A stretch of DNA of 63,695 nt, the filler included, from an uncultured bacterium (GTDB taxonomy: Bacteria; Auribacterota; CAZIXI01): assembly GCA_964543115.1 (NCBI GenBank). It is 3 parts of 3 records of this genome, joined end to end, with 100 filler letters (N's around TTAATTAATTAA, not from the genome) between each part and the next. Parts side by side here need not be neighbours in the genome. Positions count along the whole stretch, not along the records: positions 1 to 21,621 come from CAZIXI010000027.1; 2 more parts are not named here. The stretch is one strand, 5' to 3'. Below are positions 1 through 12,000 of the stretch, one piece after another. The notes below the pieces were generated by a model that ran no database searches, was not told where the DNA came from, and was given only the letters and a program-made list of their open reading frames with translations. How positions within the stretch are numbered: the stretch's first letter is position 1; each line of letters begins with the position of its first letter. Both the position numbers and the translations under genes were made by a program.

Positions 1-3000
1 CCACTATGATGCAATTGAGGAGTAGCTGGTAGAACATTATGTGCATTATACGCCAATTGCCATGCCTGCTCCAGCATGTCCCTCTCTGCTATGGTTAAAG
101 TCCCGCCTTTTCTTTCTCTATTTTTTTGTAATCTACTTATAATAGATTCCTTTAATGTTAACACTTGTGAGTATTCAATTGTATCTGCTGCCTTCTCCCC
201 AACTGTGCTCTCCTCCTCAACCAGCTGGTACCGCAACATTTGTGCGACGCCAAAAACACCATCGTTATCATCATCTTCGGCCCAGGCAAAAAGAGATCTG
301 ATATACGCTTCATCCTTTCCATACAAACCCAATTCCAGCATCTGCTTTAATAATGATTCAAAATAGGCTTCTTTAATGGCCAGCACAAATCCGCCCATAA
401 TAACAATTTTATCAACATCCGTCTGTGCAATGCGCACCAGTTCCTGCGCCATGGGCGCGGTAAGTTCAGCGAGCAGTGCCAGGGCAAACTCGTCTCCACT
501 GTTTACCGCCGCGGCAAAGTGTTCATTGTTAAGTTCAGCAGCCGGGGCCATGGCCGAAAGCGCAGAAGCCTGGAAACCTTCCGGATCCGCTGCTGCCTTC
601 ATCCGCAGCCGATTTTCCGCTGCCTGGCCGGAGGCATAGGCTGCCAAATGACCTTTTTCCCCACAAGCACAGGTTAGCGCATCAGCAGATGTATCAATGC
701 GCAAATGCCCCAGAGAAATCACTTTATCATCATCTACATTCGGACTACTGGCATCAAATATTTTATGTCCGATGCCGGTACTAATCGTTAATAGACATAT
801 CTTTTTCCCCTGATATTCCGGCCGCAGGCCGTAGCGCCAGGAAGCAGCAACAACATCATTAGCAATAAAACATTCCCGCCCGGGCAATCTTTCGGCTAAT
901 CTTTCTTTTAAGGGATAATTCTCCGCTTCACCCCATAAAGAGGCAGCCTTCACAATAACACCATCTTTGGTTACCGGCGCGGCAAAAGAAAACGCCAACT
1001 GTGAAAAACGCATTCCCGGCAGCATCTCCTCTAGCCGCCTGACACTTTCACAAATACGATCTAACAATAATTCCTGTAGTTCTTCAACCGGAAGACCGGC
1101 ATGTATTTTCATAGTGGGAGTAGCAAAACGATCCACTTCCCCAATAATTTCTCCCGCCGGACTGATTACCCCAACCCTGGTTGTTGTTCCACCAACATCA
1201 AAGGCAATTATATGCGGCAATAAATCAGCTGAATGAACTGGAATCTCCACTGCTTTCTCTCCTAACTGACCAGCAGGAACAAATAAGCTCTCTATTATTC
1301 CTTCTTCCTGCGGCTCTTGTTTCGGAGGCAATGAACCCGGCTGATCACTGCCAGCTGTTTTTTGATATTCCCTGACCATTTTACCGTCAACAGAAGTATC
1401 AATCACCATCTTACAAGGCCGCACACCAGCCAAAAATCCTGTTTCACTAACCTCCCGAAAAACTTCCGGCACACTGGCCAGCGATACTATATGTGTAATA
1501 AGTTTACGCGGATCAATCTTTCCTTCACGCACAAGCCTGACCGCATCCAGAAAACTTTCCCTGGTGGCTCCCCGGGAACCTGCCCAAAAAATATTCTTCC
1601 CTTTTACCTCTATTTCCCTGCCTATCATGCTTGCCTTGATTGCAAAACAGTCAATTCTCGTATCCTCATCCGGCTGGTAAATATGACCGCTTTTGATACC
1701 GCCAAATAAGAGTATTGTTCCTTGCTCCGCTAATAAATCAACCATTTGATCTATTGTTTGCACAACATTACTATATGAAATAGCAATAATTACTACATCA
1801 AAATCCATTCCTGTTAAATCATCAGTAGTGTACGTATCTTCAGCAGCAACAATGCCCATTTCCACTGCCTGCTCAAGCCTTTCCTTGCTGCGATTAGCCA
1901 ACACTACCCGCTGGGCTTCATAGGCCCGCGCCAATTGAACATGCAATAGACCGGCAGGACCGGCTCCCAGAACAAGAACCTTCTTACCGGCAATTCTTTC
2001 TTTAATTATTTGCTGTCCGCGTACAACACAGGATAAAGGTTCAACAATGCCCGCCGCCAACGTGGACACTTCAGCCGGCACCTTAATCACCTGCCCCCTG
2101 GCCATTAACTCCTTTGACACCCTGAAATATCGCTGATGAAAACCACCCCTACCTTCTTTATGGCCAATAACATCATCCTGATCTTGCGGATTATTCGGAT
2201 TAAAGGTAATTAATTCTCCTACTTCATACCCAGTCACCTGCGAACCAACCTTAATAACCTGGGCCACACATTCATGTCCCAACACTTCCGGTTTATATGG
2301 CCTTTCATGCCGATACATCTGAAAATCAGTGCCACAAATACCGGCATAAACAATCCGAATAAGCAATTCCTCCTCACCACATTCCGGTATCTGTTCTTCC
2401 ACAACCTCCAGCCTCCCATAATTGGGCATTTTTACTGCTAATTGCGGCTGCTTATCAATCCCCCGCTCTCTTTGCCTCTCTTTTAAATATTTTATTGCCT
2501 TACGTAAATTTTCAGGGCAAAATTCATCTAAAAACTCCGCTTGTCCTATACCCACGGGAATCGGCAGATTCAGGTTGCCTCCGCGGTGTTTAATAACATC
2601 GTCAACCCGCGCCCAAAGCATATCCGGATCACACACCGGATGATAAACCGCCAGCCCCATATCAATAATAACATTGATTATCCTATTCATATCATCCTCG
2701 GAGCACATGCCGCTATAATAGGCAATCATCGTGGTAATGGCCATATCAATAGCCACTGCTTCTCCATGCAGCAATTCATGACCGCTTTCTATTTCCAAGG
2801 CTGGACTGAAGGTATGACCAAAATCAGGAATCCGGCGCAGTATCTTTTCAAAGAGATTGGGCGCCAATTCTTCCAGCATACGCTCAATGGCCAATTCAAT
2901 TACCCGGTGGGCACCATTAACTCCCTGGAATTTCTCTGCCCTCAACTCCTCCTGCTTCTGCTCTAATAACTCAAATAATTCCCGGTCACTCATAATCGCC

Positions 3001-6000
3001 ATTTTCACAATTTCTGCTAAACCACAGCGTATCTGCCGATCATCCAAGGTTTGCAAGAATGACAGATCATTCAAACAGGCAATTGGGGGATAAAAGGATC
3101 CAACATAATTTTTCTTCTCCCCAAAATTCACCCCTGTTTTTATACCAATACCGGCATCAATTAATCCCAATAACGTGGTGGGAACCTTTATATAGCCAAT
3201 ACCCCGGTCGGACAACTGGGCGGCAAAACCAGCAATATCCGTAACAATACCTCCGCCAATACCAATAATAACATCACGCCTGCCCAATCCCAGCTGTTGC
3301 ACCTGTTTGACTATGCCCAAAGCAGTATCCATATGTTTTATCTCTTCACTCGGTTCCAGAGAAATAAGCGTGGCCTCAATCTTTTGCACCCGAAAATATT
3401 CTTCAATCATTTCCCGATAGCTATCTACCGCATAAACCGCACTGTCCACCACAACCACCACCTTCCTCAATACACCGTCAACAACACAACAAAGCGCCAG
3501 TGTAAGATTATCCGCTGAAAACAAATCTTGTGTATTGATCACTTGATAACGAATCTCCCGCGGACTGACAACCTCAAAGGCGACCTCCGCAGCACAGGCC
3601 TTATGTTTTGTTACCCAACCCGCCGCTGGCGGCAAATCCTCCTCCGCAAGCCCAAAATGTTCACGAAGGTATTCATATCTATCGCGTTCCTCTGCGGATA
3701 TTGTTCTTCCTTCTACTTGACCGGCAAAAAACTGCTGTGGGGTCAATATTTCAGCGGCCGTTATTTCCTCTAGTCGATATTCTCTCTTTATATCAATATC
3801 ATAAACGAATTCATCTTCATCAGTATAATGATTAGAAATCACCAACTCTTCTGTCGGGGAAGGATTTATTGTTAAATGAACAAAATTCGGCGGAATAATA
3901 ACTTTTTCTCCGGCTTTAACTTCTACCAATCGCACCTCACCCGGCACTCCATCTTTTAGCTCTTGTAAAGCATAGATTGCCCGTCCCCGCAGCACCTGAT
4001 GAAGCTCTACCCGCACTCCTGGATGATAATGACCAGTAGTATGAGTTAACGGCTCTCCGGGAGAAGACGGCGGCAAGACAACAAAATTATTGCCCCGTTG
4101 CTGCACCGCTGACGTATATTTGCTATACAGGGTGCTGTGGGCAATCACCGTGATCAGCGAAGAAGGCTGCTCATCCGCCAGGTATAGTCTTTCCTCGCTG
4201 TATTCCAGGGCAGAAACAACAAATCCCTCTTCCTGAAGAATACGTTTCAAACTCTCTTCCCGCCAAAAATGACGCACATGATCCAATCCCACACGTTTAT
4301 CCGGCAGCACAAAAACATCCTTAGCCAGTTTTTTTCCTTTACCGTAACGATAATCTTCCGCTGACTTCACCTGCAATATTAATTTTCCTCCCGGCCTTAA
4401 CACACGCTTTATTTCTCTTAATGTTTTTCTGATCTCTTCATCGCCAGTATAGCGAAGCAAACATAACCGGCTAAGCACAGCACTAAACAAATCATCGGCA
4501 AAACGAAATGTATCATTAATATCCTGTACCTGTGCCGATACTCCTTCAAGTCCTTTTTCAGCAATCTCCTGCTGAAGCATGGCCACTGCTGTGGGTGAAG
4601 TATCAGTAGCCACCACTGTGCATTGTTTTTCCTGCAATGGTTCCAAATCCAATACCGTTGGTCCTTCACCTAGTTTCAAAACATGTTCACCCGTCTCCAG
4701 TAATTCCACTGCTCTATTGATAAAGCTGCTCGGCTCACTTCTTTCCGTGGAAAAACCACCAACCACCATGTTGGTTTCCCACATCTGCAGCTGCTGCGCA
4801 TCAACAACTTCTCCGTTGGCCAATTTGCCCAGCATTAAATAAATGTATTGTTCCTGCGCAGACAATGATTCCAGCCCCCGACTGCTTACTATTTCTTCAA
4901 ACATCTCCCAATACTGGCGCGCCTCAGTCGCAGCCAGGGAATATAAAAACTCATTTAAAACCTGAAAAGAAAAGGAGGCATTGAATACACCGGCATTAAA
5001 CAGATAGCCAATATAACTTAATTCATCCTGGAGCTCAATAATCGGCGCTTCATCTTCCAGCCAGGGATTAATAACCATCTTTAACGGCCGCTGGCCAGCT
5101 AATTCTCCCGTTTCATTTACCTCCGCAAACACGCGCGGAACAGCATTTATGGGCAACACATGGGTAACCAACGGGCTAAGATCCAATGTGCCTTCTCTAA
5201 CCAACTCCACCGCCCGGGCAAAATCACTTTCTTTTGCTCCCCGCACCCCCGTCCAGAGAATATCTTTTCCCTGTGAAGGGATCCAGCGTCCGGCACAGCC
5301 TCTTCTTATTTTATAACAATCAATTTCAGTCTCCCCATCCGGCTTATATTTAAATCCCTGAGGAATTCCTCCCCACAAAAGAATTGTGCCCTTATCAGCC
5401 ATGGCCCCCACTATCCTATCCAGGGTTTCCCGCAAATTATCAATATATGATGTAGCCAAAATCACCACATCCATGCCGTGCCCGGCAGTAGCCGTAGCAA
5501 CCTCTTCCTCAAGATCAGCAAAAACCATTGTTTCTTCTTCTGACACAAAACCTCTGGCCACTGCCTGCTCCAATCGCGGCAGTGACCTATTTACCAAATG
5601 TACACTTTTAGCCCCATAAACACGGGAAAGCATAACCTGCATTAATCCTGCCGGTCCGGCACCAAAAACAAAAACATTTTTCCCGGCAACCTGCTCCTTT
5701 ACCTTTTCCTGCCCACTAACCGCACAAGCCAGCGGTTCAATCAGACTTGCCGATAAGAGAGAAATATCCGCCGGCAGGCGAAATACCTGTCCGCGCGCAA
5801 TTAAGTCACCATCAATACGATAATAACGTTGATGAAATCCTTCATAATCCTGTTTATGGCCAATAAGATCATCCTGATCATGCGGATTATTGGGATTTAC
5901 CGTCACTAAATCACCTACCCGAAAACCCTCTACCTGCCTACCAACCGCAATAATTTCCACTACACATTCATGTCCGGCAATGCCGGGATTATACGGCCTC

Positions 6001-9000
6001 TCCCCTCTATATATCTGAAAATCTGTTCCGCAGATACCTGAATACAAGATCTTGACAACAAGTCCATCATCCCAACAATACGGAATGGGCACGTCCTCAC
6101 ACTCCAATTCACCCGCTTTCTTCATTCGTAGAGCCTGATTCGGTTTTCTCTCCACACTTACTGGAATTGCCCGTTCATGAACCAGCTCAATTACCTGCTG
6201 CTTCGCCTTTTCGCATTCTTTTCTAAAAACGGTCTCAATTTGCCGAATCTCTGCCGCAACCAATTCCACCTCACATTCCATATCACTGTCTTCTCGCAAA
6301 TTCATTAATGTAGCTATGAACAGCGCTAAGGCCTCTAAATTGGCCGGGATCTCCGCTTCACTTCGTCTCCATCCGTATTCCGCTAACTCATCCCACCCGT
6401 ATCGGTCTAACAACTCATTAAGAACTGCGTCCGCGGAGCGGACACTCTTTTCCGCAGTGCGTTTTATAACAGGATCTTGCGGAACAATCAGTTTTTCTAT
6501 AGTATATTTTCCGTTGTTATCCGGCAAAGGATATTCTCTTGTTAATAGAGGATATTTTTCCTCTACCACTACCCTGGAAGGACGCCGGGGAAGCACATAG
6601 GCAGATAATGCTACAGATACACCTTCGGCAATAAGTTCTGTCATCTTTTCAATGCTCTCAAGCAATTGTTGTTGTGTAAGTGATGGATAAAATAATATCC
6701 AGCTGGTTCGCACTAGCGGAATACCTTCCTTACATGCGGCTAAGGGCACCTCTGTGTACAAAGGGTATTCTTCATCCACTTTTCGTCGCCTTATTTTACC
6801 CATCTGCACCAATACTTCTTTGGATGCAGCTTCCTGGCCAAAAGATAGTATTTCGACGCCAAATTCACGTTTCAGAAACTGAAGGTATTCTGTATCTCTG
6901 CATGTTGTCACATGCGTATTAACATACCATTTGAGTTTTATCTGCGGATATCGCTCCTTCCATATACGCACAAATTCCCTTGCCCATTTTTCATTAAGAA
7001 GTATATCCCCATCCTGGGCATTCACAAGCTGAATTTCCGGATATGCTCGATAAGCACTTGCCAGCATCTCCACCGCGCTTTCAGGCGAAATACGCATAGG
7101 GTGTGATGTAAAATGCGGATAGGAGCAAAATTCACATTGCCGGGGACAGATATCTCCATGAGCAGTAAAAAAGAAAACCATTCGCTGCGCAAAATGTTCG
7201 TTTTGCGGATGCACATTCCCGCCAGGAAGTGTTTGCCAATAACGTGGCAGTTCTAAATACTTCCAGTCAAACCCCGCGAAAGACACATTCATTCTTGTTC
7301 GGGATCGTGATGTCACTGACACCTTTTTCGTAGCACGCAGCCCTTCGTCAGTTTTTAAATACAAATTCTGCACATGCCCAAATTGTTCTGTTGTTTGGCG
7401 GCCCGCGGCCGCTTTCACAGATAAACACATATCCACCAGACTGTTCTCACTATATGTCCCAAAAATAATCTGCAAAGGTGTTTTCCGCAAAAGATTCTCT
7501 CTGTTTTCCCGGGCCGAAATACCTCCCGCAACTAGAAACGGCTTTTGTTTATCACGGAATTTTTCGGCTAGAACTTTGTCAAGCCAGTACAAGATATCAA
7601 TGTCTGCCTCTTTAACGGGATTATTGATCTTAACAGAAATAAAATACGTGTTTTGATCAATGCAATCCTTTAATCGCTGTAATTCAGATTCACCAAATGA
7701 GAGGTCAAAAATATCCGCTTCAATCCCGAACAATGCCAAATAGGACGCTGTTATCGCACTTGCTTTCTGTTGAAATCTTACAAACTTGTTTCCGACATAA
7801 TGCTTGTCTGGATCCTTTGCATATGAAGGTCTGTGTGCATTTACCAACAGCACTTTTGGAGCATCTTTTAGACGTCCTTTTCTCAGATAAGCAAACCTGC
7901 CTTCTGCTATCAGCACTTCAAACACAGCAGAACCGGCAGTAGCAATAGTTAAATCATTCTCCCTTATTAATACCCGTAGCTTTTCCCTCATCCCGCTATT
8001 CAGCCCTTTCGCCTGAGCGATAAAATCGTCCCCGCCTGCGACAAGCAACCTGAAATAGACATAACGCTCCTGCACGTTTAATCGCTCAATGCCAACTTCC
8101 TGCGCTTTCAGATCAAGCTTATGAAAATACCTGCGCGCACGATCCATTGAAATATCGTCAAGATAAGCTGCCAACAGAGGGAATGAGAAAAAAAAGTCAA
8201 ACTCACCGCGATCAAACAAAAACTCCAGCGATTCTACACTATCCTGAATATCTGCCTGGCATTCACCATCTAGGCCAACATCGACAACCAGCTTACCAGG
8301 CCGCTTACCGGCAAGACACGTTGTTCTGTCTATCTCTTCAAATACCGCTGGAACACTAGCCAGCGAAACAACATGGCTAACCAGCATCCGCGGATCAATC
8401 AAGCCCTGGTCTATCAGTTCTATTGCTTCAATAAAATTATCATATGAGGCACCCCGGGTACCGGCCCAATAAATATTTTTTCCCTTTGTCCTAATCCACT
8501 CACCGCCCATGCTCCTTCGTATCTTCCAGCAGTCAATGGCTGTCTGTTCATCAGGACGATAGATATCCCCTTCCGTATAACCTCCCCAGAGATGAATAAC
8601 ACCATTATCAGCCGTAACATCAACAATCTTGTCCAGTGTTTCCATAACATTATGGAACGATATATTAAGGATAACAATATCCATTCCCGCATCATTTGTC
8701 ACCTCAGCAACCTTTCTCTCCATCTCAACAAAATCTGCCGAAAGAATTGCCTCTTCCGGAACAATAATCCCCTTTTCAATTGCCTGCTGCAACCGGGGCC
8801 ATGTCTTGTTAATCAAGTATACCTTCCGCGCTCCATAATGACGAGCAAGTATGACCTGCAACAATCCCGACGGTCCAGCTCCGATTATAAACACTTCTTT
8901 ATCCTTAATCTTATCCTTGATTATCCTCTGGCCATGTATAGCGCAAGCAAGCGGCTCAAGAATACTCGCCGCAAGTAAAGAAAAATTCTGCGGCACCTTT

Positions 9001-12000
9001 ACTATCTGTTTTCTTTCAATAAGTTCATGAGCCACATGATAATACCTTCGGTACAAACCTTCATTTTCTTCGGTATGTCCAATAATATCATCCTGATCAG
9101 ACGGATTATTGGGATTAATCGTTATAATATCTCCCATACTAAATCCAGCTACTTGTTTACCAACAGCAACGATCCTGGCCACACATTCATGACCAAGGAT
9201 TCCGGGATTATGCGGCCGTTCTCCGCTGTACATCTGGAAATCCGTACCACAAATACCTGCATAAATTATTTTCACAACCAGCCCTCTTTCGGAACACTCA
9301 GGAATTTCTTCTTCCACAATCTGCAACTTTCCTGCTTCCCTCATTCTTACCGCTTTATTAGGTTGTCTTTGTTCTTCCAGATCAACCCTCCTAGTCTTTA
9401 CACTACGGAAAGTATCTACTAACTCATCCGCAGCCCGTTCAGCTTCCTGAATCTCACGCATTAATTCAGCATAACGCTTTAAAACGTTAACCGTTTTTAA
9501 AACACTCAGAACATCATCAATAGCCAAATCCATATTGTTAAGTGTTCGCGCCAACTCTTCCGGCATTCCCAATTCATCTCTTACCTTTTCATAGAGCTTA
9601 CTTTTACAGAGATAACTAATAACAGCATAAATTATTGCCTCATCATCAAGTTGTCCTTGTTCTTGCAAAATATTTAATCTATTGAGCAATTTGAAATATT
9701 CACCATCTGGATCAATTGCGTTATCACCGCGTAACACTGAAAGCATTGCCTGCCGGTATTTTTCCGGATCCAATCGATATTTTTCATCCGTTACTCCCTG
9801 ATTAGGATCAAGAAAACGCCGGACATTTTTAAGCGTGGCCACCACATCTGCCATAATCGTATTACATTCCGGAACAATATCACCAATACTCTCTAGCAAT
9901 TCATGTTCCAGTTCTTCAAAAAGAACAATATTCAATAATCTATCTTCAGCCACTTCCACTTTGCATCTATCATTAAAACACTCCAGATCAATTTTTAATA
10001 GACCATTCCGGTAACTGGCTAAAGGCGATCTCCCTTCAGGATATAGACCAGCTCCACCAAGATTCCGCACAAGCTGAATATGTTTTACCCGAGCGGTAAT
10101 GCCTAAACCATAGATATGTACCAGCTGTTTGAGAACAGCACTTAGTTCTGCTCTACTCTTATCGTGTCCGTCAGCTTCTTGGGCAATCACTAATTTACTA
10201 TCCTGAACCGCAATGGTAATAACTTCCTCTTCAACCTCGGAAGCAGCTTCTCTTACCAGATGTGATCCTTTAACCGCTGCCGGCCTTTCTTCAAATGGAT
10301 GTAGCCCAAACATATATCTTTGCAGCGCTACTATCCGGTCCCGAAAAGAATCCTGCATTACATGAGAAGCCAACCTCTGCGACAACACAATAGCAATCAA
10401 TTCTCTTGGTGAACCAAAATCCATTGCCGCCTTCTCCGTCCAGGTACCTGTACTACCGCCGCCTATATCACTACCAATACAGTCAAACAAACCAGGTTTT
10501 TTTAATCCTTCATGCACCCAACTCACCAAACGTGATTGGATAATTGAACCATTGGCCCAAACACCAGTTATTCTGATTAAATCATCAACATCAAAACCAA
10601 ACACACTTTTTGTTAATAACTCAATACCTTCTCCAATCGCCGCTTCCATTATATATTCAATGGCATTATGCACCATCTTCACAAAATGCCCCGCCCCACT
10701 GGGCCCCATATAACCATAACCGCCTGCGGTGGCAATTGCCCGCAGTGCCGGCTCACAATAGCGAAATATTTCTTCTTCTCCCCCAACCATCAAGGGATAA
10801 CCCTGAACCGCACCTTCAATACCCCCGCTTGTACCCACATCCAGATAATGCAGGCCGTCCTCTCTTAGCGCCTCTGCCCGGTCCCGAGAATCCTCCCAAA
10901 AGGAATTGCCGCCATCAATTATAATATCTCCCTCATTAAGCAATGGTTTAACCTGCTTAATAACATTATTCACTATCTCCCCAGCTGGCACATAAAGCAT
11001 AATTATTTTTCGGCCCGGCCCCATCTGCTGGATCATCTCCGGCAGACTTTCTACTGCCCTTCCTCCGCGTTCGGTTAAATTATCACGAAATTCTGGATTA
11101 AGATCCGTGCCAAACACTTTCGCCCCATCAGCTAAATTATCAATAACCCGGCCCGCCACACCCAAACCCATCCGACCCAGCCCAACAACACCTATTGATA
11201 ATTGTTCTCCACTCTCTACTTCTGGTTGTTCTTCTTCGGGTTGTTTTGGCTCTGTCCGAAATTCTGCTGGTCTTTCCTCAAATGGGTGTAAACCAAACAT
11301 ATATCTCTGCAAAGCCACTATCCTATCCCGGAAGGAATCCTTGGCCACATGAGAACTCAACCTCTGCGACAACACCGTGGCAATTAATTCTCTTGGCGAA
11401 GCAAAATCAGCCGCTGCCATTTCCGTCCAGGTGCCTGTACTGCCGCCGCCAATATCGCTACCGATACGCTCAAATAGACCCGGCTGTTTTAATCCTTCAT
11501 AAACCCAGCGCACTAAGCGCGACTCAATAATTGAACCATTTGACCATACACCAGTCATTTTTATTAAATCATCAATATCAAAACCAAATACACATTTGGT
11601 TAGCAATTCCAGTCCTTCACCAATCGCCGCTTCCATTATATATTCAATGGCATTATGAACCATCTTCACAAAATGCCCGGCGCCACTGGGGCCCATATAG
11701 CCATAACCGCCTTCTGTGGCAATTGCTTGCAATGCCGGCTCGCAATAGCGGAAAACCTCTTCTTCTCCACCAATCATTAAGGGATAACCCTGTGCTGCTC
11801 CTTCAATGCCGCCGCTTGTACCCATATCCAGATAATGTAATCGATCTTCCTTTAATTGTCCCGCCCGTCGCTGAGAATCCCGCCAGAAGGAATTACCACC
11901 ATCAATTATAATATCTCCCTCATTAAGCAGCGGCTTGACCTGTTCAATAACATTATCTACAATCTCTCCTGCCGGCACATAAAGCATAATTATTTTTCGT

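Noticed and set aside
1..120. Possible start of a RelA/SpoT-like HD domain (EQAWQLAYNAH)
   Set aside because: Only a few residues are inside the window, so it cannot be supported.
2490..3570. Housekeeping 3-dehydroquinate synthase (aroB) call
   Set aside because: Has MLEELxPNLxE, DFGH and KHRGG rather than the DHQS-type LN(L/F)GHT signature, and is fused to a cyclitol-type kinase.
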